From the NCBI GenBank assembly GCA_046292385.1, contig JBKBRF010000080.1, forward strand, positions 1-16,768: a DNA stretch of 16,768 bases, written 5' to 3'. The position numbers and the translations under genes are program-made. Of the stretch, positions 6,509-14,480 are shown piece after piece. The notes under the pieces were generated by a model. The model worked only from the letters and a program-made list of their open reading frames with translations. It had not been told where the DNA came from and searched no databases. The first letter of the stretch is position 1. Every line of letters starts with the position of its first letter. Source of the DNA: Armatimonadota bacterium. GTDB taxonomy: Bacteria > Armatimonadota > SYMT01.

Positions 6509-7315
6509 CTAACGGCTCTGGGCTTCCGTTTGATCCAGGAGGTACTTGCCGTTGCTGGAGATGGGAGAGTTGTCCCGGTACCAGAGGTTGATCGGCTGGT
6601 AGGTCTGGCTCGGCTTGAGCGCCTTGACGTGGCCGTCCGCGAAGAGGTAGTTGCTCCGCCCGCTGTGGCCGGTGAAGAGGGTGTTCTCGTAGTAGCGGTA
6701 GCTCCGGCCGGTGGCCGGATCGGTCCAGGCTCCGCCGACGAAGTCGACCACGAAGTTGACGAACGGAACCCGGTACATCTCCATCACGGCGATCGTCTGC
6801 GCGGGCGAGTCGATCATCGACATGTGGACGCCGGGGGCGTTCTGGTTGCCGAACACGCCTTTGCCCATCGACGCGAACGGATCCGGCTCGGTGTTCTGGT
6901 TGGCGCCCCAGTTGAAGTTGCAGCCGTAGGAGATCCCGAAGGCGGTCGGGGGATCGTTGTCCCGGGAGAGGGTGTTCTTGTCCGGGTTCGAAGGACACGT
7001 CAGGATCTGCGTGTTCTTCATGTACGGGTGGATCAGCGTCCGCCAGGAGAGGGTGTCGGTCCCGTTCGGATTGGCCGCGTCTCCGGAGCGGCGGTTCGGG
7101 TAGACCTCGTCGTAGTCCTGGACGTACATCAGGAGCGCCATTCCGATCTGCTTCAGGTTACTGGAGCAGGACGCCTTCCGCGCCGCTTCCCGGGCCTGGG
7201 CGAAGACGGGGAAGAGGATCGCGGCGAGGATGGCGATGATGGCGATCACCACGAGCAGCTCGATCAGCGTGAAGCCGCGGCGAGGCGCGGCGGTCGGTCG
7301 ATTCAGCTTGAGCAT
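6509..7315 (-). CDS. Prepilin-type N-terminal cleavage/methylation protein, DUF1559 (SBP_bac_10) / H-X9-DG family
   Basis: Class III signal [47 protein letters not shown] and C-terminal [15 protein letters not shown] (H-X9-DG). The SD AAGGA lies inside the end of the upstream PepSY gene. Confidence 0.95.
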   Translation of the reverse strand: MLKLNRPTAAPRRGFTLIELLVVIAIIAILAAILFPVFAQAREAARKASCSSNLKQIGMALLMYVQDYDEVYPNRRSGDAANPNGTDTLSWRTLIHPYMKNTQILTCPSNPDKNTLSRDNDPPTAFGISYGCNFNWGANQNTEPDPFASMGKGVFGNQNAPGVHMSMIDSPAQTIAVMEMYRVPFVNFVVDFVGGAWTDPATGRSYRYYENTLFTGHSGRSNYLFADGHVKALKPSQTYQPINLWYRDNSPISSNGKYLLDQTEAQSR

Positions 7316-7319
7316 GGGT

Positions 7320-8507
7320 CTAGATCCTTTCCAGTTCAGGCAATTCGAGCTCGAGAAGCGGCGGGCCGGCTCCGGCGACCGCGGAATGGCGGACGCGATT
7401 TCGAGCGCGGGCGCGGCGCTTCTCGCGCCATTTGAGAAACCCGGTGACGAACAGCCCCAGCGGTGTCAGTCCGACCAGGGCATAGAGCGCCTGCCCCCAC
7501 AGCCCGCCCCAGGTGCCGAAGTGGAGCGGGCCGACCCAGCTCATCACCCGCTTTCCGGCGGGTGCCAGGCGAGGATCGTCGACCCGCAGCACCTCGCCGG
7601 TGCCGGGGTGGACGAAGACCTGGGTGATCCCTGCGGCGGGCCCGGCGCCGGGAAGCTCCCCGGTGAGCCGGAGCGGGGCAGTGGGGGAGGCCGGCAAGAA
7701 GATGCGCTCTACGCGGGCTTCCGGGAGCGCCGCGCGGCCGGCGGCGAGCAGCTCGTCCAGCGGACGCGGCGACTCGACCGCCGCTGCCAGCTTCGGAGCG
7801 GGGGTGTCCTTCGGGGTGCGGGTCAGCGCGTAGACCGCTCCCTGGACCGGCTCCTTGAACGCCATGGCGACGCCGGAGACCACCAGGACTGTCAGGATGG
7901 CGAAGGCATAGACGCCGAAGACGTTGTGCAGGTCGTGGATCACCCGCCGGGAGCCGCGCCCGCGCTTGATCGTCAGCCGCGGCCGAAGCTGGCGCCACGC
8001 GGCCGGCCACCAGAGGTAGAGGCCGGAGAGCAGCAGCAGCCCGAAAAGGAGCGTGCCGTAGCCGTTGATCAGGCGGCCCGGCTCGCCGGCCAGCAGGCTC
8101 AGGTGCAGGTAGAGCACCACGTTGAGCCACCAGCCAAACGTCGGGCGGTCGCCCAGGATGCGTCCGGAGTACGGATCGACCCGCACCTCGCGCAGGCTCT
8201 CGCGGCGCATCGGCTCGCCGCCCTTGCGGGTGAGCCGAAAGGCGTAGGTGCCCTCCGGTTCTTCCGAGAAGGTGAGGCGGCTGACCGTCCAGCCGGGATA
8301 GGCAGCCCGGACCCTCTCCAGCACTCCCTGCAGCGGCACCCGCTCACCTGCCCGCGCCACGCGGGTGAGCTGCGGATCGGTGGGGCCGTCGAGCTCGTGC
8401 ATGAACGCGAGCATCGTGCCGGTGAGGCCCATCAGCACGACCCAACCGCCGAGCAGCAGTCCCAGCCAGAGGTGGACGAAGAAGATGACCCGGCGGAGAC
8501 GACCCAT
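7320..8507 (-). CDS. PepSY-associated TM helix domain protein (FoxB/PiuB-like iron-regulated membrane protein)
   Basis: Four TM helices, each preceded by a conserved His ([32 protein letters not shown]). Two PepSY-like extracytoplasmic domains end in VDPYSGRIL and VHPGTGEVL, and LSGLYLWWP is present. Confidence 0.93.
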   Translation of the reverse strand: MGRLRRVIFFVHLWLGLLLGGWVVLMGLTGTMLAFMHELDGPTDPQLTRVARAGERVPLQGVLERVRAAYPGWTVSRLTFSEEPEGTYAFRLTRKGGEPMRRESLREVRVDPYSGRILGDRPTFGWWLNVVLYLHLSLLAGEPGRLINGYGTLLFGLLLLSGLYLWWPAAWRQLRPRLTIKRGRGSRRVIHDLHNVFGVYAFAILTVLVVSGVAMAFKEPVQGAVYALTRTPKDTPAPKLAAAVESPRPLDELLAAGRAALPEARVERIFLPASPTAPLRLTGELPGAGPAAGITQVFVHPGTGEVLRVDDPRLAPAGKRVMSWVGPLHFGTWGGLWGQALYALVGLTPLGLFVTGFLKWREKRRARARNRVRHSAVAGAGPPLLELELPELERI

Positions 8508-8573
8508 AACGACAAGCTGCGGAGCGGTTGAAGCACAGAGTAGGACACTCTGGGCGGTAAGGCTACGAATCGC

Positions 8574-8602
8574 TTTATAGCATCAAAGGATTGGGACGTC
8601 AG
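8574..8602 (-). promoter_or_regulatory. Putative sigma70 promoter for the PepSY-DUF1559 operon
   Basis: Minus strand CTGACG (8602-8597), 17-nt spacer, TATAAA (8579-8574), with an extended -10 TG at 8582-8581. It sits in an AT-richer patch of an otherwise very GC-rich window. Confidence 0.6.
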
Positions 8603-8615
8603 GGCGTTAGCGATT

Positions 8616-8638
8616 AGATTTTAGTCGAGGCGAAATCT
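8616..8638. promoter_or_regulatory. Candidate DtxR/MntR-family metal-responsive operator
   Basis: AGATTTTAGTCGAGGCGAAATCT. The core TTTAG-N6-CGAAA (8620-8635) is one mismatch from the dyad TTTAG-N6-CTAAA, and AGATTT/AAATCT form an outer inverted repeat. It lies upstream of a gene from an iron-regulated family. Confidence 0.4.
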
Positions 8639-8855
8639 TTCTTTACCGCGCCCGTGAGCGGTTCTCGTGCTGGCTGCGAAGCGCGGCAGTTGCTGTCGAG
8701 CCATGCAGCCGGCTCACCCCTCGATCGGCGTCTCTCGGCGGACGCCCGTGGGGCAATGCCGTTTGACCGGGTCGGCGGCGTGGCAATGAGGCTTCCAGAC
8801 CCGCTCCACGTTCAAGAGAGGCTCCGGCGTGAAACGTTTGCAGCGAGGCGGTCCG

Positions 8856-10106
8856 ATGCTTGCATGCCGGGCCGGCTCCGCGCTGGCCGCGGCGGCCCTG
8901 GCGCTCGCGCTCACCGTGCCCAGGGCGGCTGGCCAGGCGCAGAATGCGCCCGCCTACCACGTCTACCGCGGCGCGATCCACATCCATACCGAGTACTCCG
9001 ACGGCAGCGGCACTTTTCCGGAAGTGGTGGAGGCGGCGCGCGCCTCCGGGCTGGACTACATCATCGCGAGCGATCACAACACGCTGCAGCCGGTCAAAGA
9101 CGGTCACCAGCGGTACTGGGACGACCTGCTGGTGCTGATCGGAACCGAGATCAGCACCGACGCCGGGCATGTCCTGGGCCTCGATCTCCCGGAGAGCTTC
9201 CCGTTCGAAACGCGCGACCCGCAGCAGGCAATCGATCGCGTCCGCGCGGCCGGCGGCTTCTCCGTCATCGCCCACCCGATGTCGCCGCGCTGGCTCTGGC
9301 GGGATTGGAGCGTGCGGGGCTACACCGGCATCGAGATCATCAACCTCTCCAGCCTGGTGGATGACGATCTGATGAACGCGCAGGAAGGGCTGCGGATCCA
9401 GCAGCGCAGCGTGCAGCGGCTCCTGCGCCTCGCGCGGCGGTATACCACCGATCCGGACGGGGTGATGAAGACGATCACGAACAACGACGTGGAACCGGAG
9501 CGGGGCAAATGGTCCGAGCTCCTCGGCCGTGGTCGTCAGATGATCAGCACCGGCGCAGTCGACGCTCACGCGCGGGTGCCCCTCGGCCGCCAGGTGCTGA
9601 AGGTCCCCACGTATCAGGAGGCGTTCGAGTCGGTGAGCACCTACGCCGTCACGACGGAGCCCCTCAGCCGGAGCTTCGAGCGCGACCGGCGCCTGGTTTA
9701 CAGCGCCTACCGGAACGGGCGGATCTTCGCCGCTTACCCGCGGGTGGCGCCGGCGGCCGGGTTCCGGTTCACCGCGACCTCCGGCGGCCGGACCGCCACG
9801 ATGGGGCAGCCGCTCCGCCTGGCGCAGCGCGCGGTGCTGCGGGTGGAGGCTCCGGACCACGCGAGTCCGGTCATCCGGCTCCTGCGGGACGCGGCGGAGG
9901 TGAAAACCGCGGAAGGACAGACGCTGGAGTGGACCGCCACGCAGCCCGGCGCGTACCGGGTGGAGGTCTACGCGGTGGAGGGATCCGGCGGGAACACTCT
10001 CCTGGACCGGGTGCGGCGGCGGCCGCGCAGCCTTACCGATCTCTTCCGCTCGCGTCCCCAGGAGCTGCGGCCCTGGATCTTCTCGAACCCGGTCTACGTG
10101 CGTTGA
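8856..10106 (+). CDS. Secreted PHP-domain metallohydrolase (CehA/McbA-like)
   Basis: PHP motifs GAIHIHTEYSDG, ASDHN, GTEIS..GH, IAHP, IEIIN and GAVDAH, with a C-terminal YRVEV...WIFSNPVYV. Signal-peptide-like N-terminus (ALAAAALALALTVPRAAG|Q). ATG 8856 has GAGG upstream; GTG 8829 is an alternative start. Confidence 0.88.
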   Translation: MLACRAGSALAAAALALALTVPRAAGQAQNAPAYHVYRGAIHIHTEYSDGSGTFPEVVEAARASGLDYIIASDHNTLQPVKDGHQRYWDDLLVLIGTEISTDAGHVLGLDLPESFPFETRDPQQAIDRVRAAGGFSVIAHPMSPRWLWRDWSVRGYTGIEIINLSSLVDDDLMNAQEGLRIQQRSVQRLLRLARRYTTDPDGVMKTITNNDVEPERGKWSELLGRGRQMISTGAVDAHARVPLGRQVLKVPTYQEAFESVSTYAVTTEPLSRSFERDRRLVYSAYRNGRIFAAYPRVAPAAGFRFTATSGGRTATMGQPLRLAQRAVLRVEAPDHASPVIRLLRDAAEVKTAEGQTLEWTATQPGAYRVEVYAVEGSGGNTLLDRVRRRPRSLTDLFRSRPQELRPWIFSNPVYVR

Positions 10107-10110
10107 GGCG

Positions 10111-11043
10111 TCAGCCGCCGGGGCGGACTGCCCGGGCGATGACGGTCTTTCCGGTCAGCAGCCCGATCGGGCTGCGCTGCGCCAGGCGCTCGTAGAGGAG
10201 CCCCGCCTTCCCGAACCGGGGCAGGTAGGGACGGCGCTGCATGATGCCGCGAACGCGGGTGACCCGGAAGTGCGCGCCGAGGAAGCTCCGGAGCTCCCGC
10301 GCGCCGAAGCTGTAGTAGTAGATGGCGCCGTCCGAGTGGAGCCCTTCCTTGGCGGTGCGGTGTCCCGGCCGGAACCGGTGGGTCAGGCGCCGCTCCGGGC
10401 TGTGGTAGTAGGCGCTCAGTGCCAGCGCTCCCCCGGGCTGCAGCACCCGGGCCAGCTCGGAGAGCGCCTCGCCGCGCAGCGCCGCGCTGGGAAGATGCTC
10501 GAAAACCTGCGTGGAGATCGCCTTGTAGAAGCGGGCGGGCTTCAGCGGCAGGCTGCAGGCGTCGGCGTGGATCAGGCAGAAGTCACCTCCCCCGCCCCGC
10601 AGCACGTCCCGCGCGACGCGCAGGCTCTCCCTGGAGAAGTCGACCCCCACCACGCCGCGGACGCGGGGAACGTACGCGCGTGCGATCAACCCGGTGCCGA
10701 TCCCGACGTCGACCACCAGGTCGTCTGCCGCGGGGCGGAGCAGCTCCAGCACCGCCTCCCGCTCCACCTCCTCCTCGAAGTCGTCGAACATCGAGTTGTA
10801 GGCGGCGGCCTCCTCGTCCCGCTTCTGCTGCTCGCTCCGCTTCAGCCGGGCTTCCTCCGTGGTAAGCTCCGGCTCCGGAAGGAAGTGCAGGATCTCGTCC
10901 CGGAGCGGCACCTCCGCCTCGCACCGGACGCAGCGGAGGTCGCCGTCGGCGATCTCGTCCGGAACCGGCGGTGCCGGATGGGAGAGCTGGAGGTCGGCGC
11001 CGCAGCGCGGACAGGCGAGCAGTTCGATCCAGTGCGTGCGCAT
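10111..11043 (-). CDS. Class I SAM-dependent methyltransferase with an N-terminal Trm112-like Zn-ribbon (310 aa)
   Basis: MRTHWIELLACPRCGADL...LRCVRCEAEVPLRDEILHF is the Trm112-like part. The methyltransferase part has motif I VVDVGIGTG, GVDFS, ADACSLPL, QVFEHL and RVLQPGG. Start moved from 11163 to ATG 11043. Confidence 0.9.
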   Translation of the reverse strand: MRTHWIELLACPRCGADLQLSHPAPPVPDEIADGDLRCVRCEAEVPLRDEILHFLPEPELTTEEARLKRSEQQKRDEEAAAYNSMFDDFEEEVEREAVLELLRPAADDLVVDVGIGTGLIARAYVPRVRGVVGVDFSRESLRVARDVLRGGGGDFCLIHADACSLPLKPARFYKAISTQVFEHLPSAALRGEALSELARVLQPGGALALSAYYHSPERRLTHRFRPGHRTAKEGLHSDGAIYYYSFGARELRSFLGAHFRVTRVRGIMQRRPYLPRFGKAGLLYERLAQRSPIGLLTGKTVIARAVRPGG

Positions 11044-11352
11044 GAGAGATCCGGGGTCCGAGCTCCTGCCACCCGGAGGCGGGACGCGGCTCCGGGACCG
11101 CTGGTCGAGCTCCGCCCCGGCGGGGAGGCGGACGATTCGACGTGCCGTCTCCCCTCTACCCACGCCCGGGCGAGCGCTACTCCCTCAACCGGCTGGCGCG
11201 GCCGGGGGAACGAACGCGCCCGACGCTCCGTCCCACGGTACCCGGGGGAAAAGAGGATTGCCGGCCAGGGGCGAGTGACTTCAGCAGCAAGAGCCTGAGA
11301 CCGGCCTCTGCGGCGCGTGCCGCCGCACGCCGGCTTCCCCGAGGGTATTTGT

Positions 11353-12837
11353 ATGAAACGAGCCGACCGCGACCGATTCCCGCACCCGATTCTCCTCTCT
11401 CTGGCCGCCGCCGTGGTGGCGGGGGCGGCGCTCGCGGGCGGCGGCGAGCCGCTGGAGCGGCGGCAGTCGTTCGACGCCGATCCGGGATGGGACGGACGGA
11501 ATAACCGCAGCACCCTGCCGCCGCGGACGATCGTGCAGGACTTCGGCTACAGCCGCACCTCCCATACCGGAGGGGAGCCGGGCGAGCTCGGCGGCGTGGT
11601 AACTCCCTCCGGAGAGCCGGCCTACTACGCGCGGGAGATCGAGCCGCGGAGCCTGAACGACGAGCTGACCGCCTCCGGCGTGTTCGTGGGGGAGGGGCGC
11701 AACTTCAACGTGCTGGTCGGCTTCTTCAACGCCGGCACCCTGAACGAATGGCGCACGCCCAGCTCGCTCGCCCTGCGGCTCTACGGTCGCGGCGACAACT
11801 TCTACACCTACGTGGAGTACTGCACCCGCAAGTGGCGCGCCGGGGCGGATTCCCCGCAGGGGTTCATGGTCCGGAACCCGGCGACCGGCCGCACCGATCC
11901 GATCGAGTTCCCGGCGGGAAAGAACGTCTACCGCTGGACGCTCCGCTACGATCCGAATGCGAACGAGGGCCGCGGCTCGATCTTCGCGACGATCGGCGAC
12001 CGCACCGCGCGCTGCGACCTCGACCCGGGCCACAAGCAGGACGGCGCCACGTTCAACCGGTTCGGGCTGCTGAACGTGGTAAAGTCGGCGGACGGCGGTG
12101 GGGAGGTGTGGCTGGACGACCTCACCGTGAACGGCGAGACCGAGCGCTTCGATCGGGACCCACGGTGGGACGCGCGGCGGAACCGGCAGATCTACGCCTC
12201 GAAGGAAGTCCGCTTCCGCTTCGACTTCGGCTGGAGCCGCACCGGGCATGCCGGCGGCACCCGCACCGGTGAGATCGGCGGGCTGCTCTACCGGGGAGAC
12301 GGCCGAGACGAGGACCGGATCGCTTACTACGCGGACCGGGTCGGCCCCCTCACCCTGCAGCGGCCGATCCGCGCCGCGGGGCGCATCAGCTTCCATCGCG
12401 GAGTCAGCGACAGCACTACCCTCTTCGGCTTCTTCCACTCGACGGAGACGACGAAAGTCGACACCGCCCAGGCGACCGGCTTTCCGGACCCGTTCCTGGG
12501 CGTGGCGCTGGAGGGACCCAGCTCGGAGGGGTTCTTGCTTTACCCCGCGGTGCGCATCCGCGGCGACCACCAGGAGGCCTCCCGCGCGGAGCAGCCGAAC
12601 CGGATCTATCCGGACGGCACCAGCCATAGCTGGAGCCTGGAGTACACGCCGGGAGCGCCGGGGCAGGACGGCCAGATGACGGTGCGGCTGGACGGCAACT
12701 CCGTCACGCAGGCAGTGCCCGCCGACTTCATCGCCCGGGGGAAGCTCCTGGACCGGTTCGGGTTCATCACGACCCGCGTGGACGGCAACGCCCAGGTGGT
12801 CTACCTGGACGATCTCGTCTACACCGCCGTGCAATAG
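11353..12837 (+). CDS. Secreted hypothetical protein with two homologous beta-rich domains of about 226 aa (494 aa)
   Basis: ATG 11353 with a GAGGG SD and a hydrophobic signal (ILLSLAAAVVAGAALA). Codon usage is strongly GC3-biased. The internal duplication is visible as FDADPGWDGRNNR / FDRDPRWDARRNR. Confidence 0.85.
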   Translation: MKRADRDRFPHPILLSLAAAVVAGAALAGGGEPLERRQSFDADPGWDGRNNRSTLPPRTIVQDFGYSRTSHTGGEPGELGGVVTPSGEPAYYAREIEPRSLNDELTASGVFVGEGRNFNVLVGFFNAGTLNEWRTPSSLALRLYGRGDNFYTYVEYCTRKWRAGADSPQGFMVRNPATGRTDPIEFPAGKNVYRWTLRYDPNANEGRGSIFATIGDRTARCDLDPGHKQDGATFNRFGLLNVVKSADGGGEVWLDDLTVNGETERFDRDPRWDARRNRQIYASKEVRFRFDFGWSRTGHAGGTRTGEIGGLLYRGDGRDEDRIAYYADRVGPLTLQRPIRAAGRISFHRGVSDSTTLFGFFHSTETTKVDTAQATGFPDPFLGVALEGPSSEGFLLYPAVRIRGDHQEASRAEQPNRIYPDGTSHSWSLEYTPGAPGQDGQMTVRLDGNSVTQAVPADFIARGKLLDRFGFITTRVDGNAQVVYLDDLVYTAVQ

Positions 12838-12963
12838 CCCGCGGCGGCGGTGAACTTCGGCGGAGGCCGCGGCCACCTATCGAGTAGCGCCGGAACGGGA
12901 GACAGGATCCCGGTTCCGGCCCTCCGCTCTCGTGTTCGCCTCCATCCCAGCAGGGGGTGTCGC

Positions 12964-14385
12964 ATGCGCAGGCTCGCCCCGATCGCCGCCGGTCTCCTCG
13001 CCTCGCTCGCAGCCGCTACGCTCGCCGCGGGCCCTCCACCGTCCACGCCCCCACGCCCGGCGGCCAACCCTGCCGAGTGGAAATCCCGGGGGTGGAAGCA
13101 GGTCTATCCCCACGCCTACGTCATCCGATCTCGGGCCGCCGCCAGGGCGGCGCCGGAGCCTTCCGCGCCGGTCGCCTTCTATCTCGCGGGAGGGTACCGG
13201 ACCCGGGTGCTGGCGCAAGGCCGCACCTGGTGGCGCGTCTCCGGCCTCCGCGGTGCCACCGGCTGGATGCGGGCGGAGGATCTGGAGCCGCACGCCTCGT
13301 GGGTCTTCATCGACGTCGCCACCCGACGGGTAACCCAGCGGATCGCCGCAAAGGGACAGCACGGCGGGATTGCGCGTGCCGGAACCCTCTGGTCGGTGGC
13401 CGATACCGGGATCACCCGGACTGAATTGCACCCGCAGCCGAAGTACTGGTCGTATCCCGCGGTGAAGGACCAGTTCTTCGATCTGCCCAGGGATGGCGCA
13501 TGGAGGCCGGACGGGCACCGCCTCTACTTGCTCGACTACGACGAACGGGAGACGGCGCTCCTTACGGTGCGGCCTCTGACCGGCCAGGTGGATCGGCGGC
13601 CCATGGAAGTGGGCGGACTGGAACCCGTCGTAACCGGCGAGCACGTCGCGCTCCCGAAGCAGTTTGAAGGGGGTGTACCGAAAACGCTGGTTATCGATCC
13701 GGAGGCTGGCCGGCCGCTCAAGACCGTTCTGGGAGCGCTGCTCGGCAGCACACCCACGGGCGGCATCCTGCTCTGGCGGGGCGGCAGTATCGTCCGCGCC
13801 GAGGCGACCTCGAGCGACGAGCGCTCCTTCTCCCGCCCGGCCGGCTGGGAGCTGGACCAGCCGGGACTGAACTTCGACGGCAGCCTGGTCCTGGCCGACC
13901 TCTACCGCGACCACCGTTCGGCGAAGACCAGGTACCTGACACGAATCCTCGATGCGGAAACGCTGCGTCCGGCAGCGCAGCTCACGCCGCCGGGGCACCT
14001 GCTGATGCCCGCGGCACTCGATGCGCTCCGCGCGCCCTCCGGCTGGCACCTCGTCTACACCGGCGATGGAGAGCGCGTGATGCGCCTCGTCTCCTACGAT
14101 CAGGGGAAGCGCATCCGGCACGTCACGCCGATCGAAGCGTGGGGGATCAGCCCGGATCAGCGCCTGGTTGCCGGAGCTGGGATCAAAGAGCTGGTACTCA
14201 TCGAAGCTAAAACGGGACGCCGGCGCCGGGTGCCGATGCACTGGCGGCGAAGCCACCCGCAGCAGTACCTCCCACGCTCTGCACCCGGAGTCGAAGTCCG
14301 GTTCGAGAGCGCCGCGGTGACCTTCTCGGAGGACGGGCGCACGCTGATCGTGGCAGAGTACCTCTTCGGCGATCCGCTCGGGTGA
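12964..14385 (+). CDS. Secreted hypothetical protein: SH3b-like domain plus probable beta-propeller (473 aa)
   Basis: Signal MRRLAPIAAGLLASLAAATLAA and a Pro-rich linker. SH3b-like segment ARAAPEPSAPVAFYLAGGYRTRVLAQGRTWWRVSGLRGATGWMRAEDL. Propeller-blade-like motifs WRPDGHRLY, NFDGSLVL, ISPDQRLVA and FSEDGRTLIV. AGGGGG lies upstream of ATG 12964. Confidence 0.75.
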   Translation: MRRLAPIAAGLLASLAAATLAAGPPPSTPPRPAANPAEWKSRGWKQVYPHAYVIRSRAAARAAPEPSAPVAFYLAGGYRTRVLAQGRTWWRVSGLRGATGWMRAEDLEPHASWVFIDVATRRVTQRIAAKGQHGGIARAGTLWSVADTGITRTELHPQPKYWSYPAVKDQFFDLPRDGAWRPDGHRLYLLDYDERETALLTVRPLTGQVDRRPMEVGGLEPVVTGEHVALPKQFEGGVPKTLVIDPEAGRPLKTVLGALLGSTPTGGILLWRGGSIVRAEATSSDERSFSRPAGWELDQPGLNFDGSLVLADLYRDHRSAKTRYLTRILDAETLRPAAQLTPPGHLLMPAALDALRAPSGWHLVYTGDGERVMRLVSYDQGKRIRHVTPIEAWGISPDQRLVAGAGIKELVLIEAKTGRRRRVPMHWRRSHPQQYLPRSAPGVEVRFESAAVTFSEDGRTLIVAEYLFGDPLG

Positions 14386-14394
14386 TAGGAGCCG

Positions 14395-14412
14395 GGCCCC
14401 CGGTCGGGGGCC
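14395..14412. terminator. GC-rich hairpin after the SH3/propeller gene (weak terminator candidate)
   Basis: GGCCCCC-GGTC-GGGGGCC, 9 nt after the stop codon, with no poly-U tail. Confidence 0.3.
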
Positions 14413-14480
14413 GGAACCAGGTACCTGAACCGGGTATCGGATCGAGCAAGAAGGGAAGGAGGGCCGGCGGCGCGGATTGG

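Noticed and set aside
6179..6591. ORFs with SKSR, SYSC or ARVG peptide repeats
   Set aside because: They are translations of the 12-bp DNA tandem repeat in several frames, with no SD or coding-like codon bias.
11044..11352. Riboswitch or small gene in the divergent methyltransferase / secreted-protein gap
   Set aside because: I found no recognisable riboswitch consensus, convincing SD-led ORF or strong dyad by eye. An Rfam search would be needed to exclude an RNA element.
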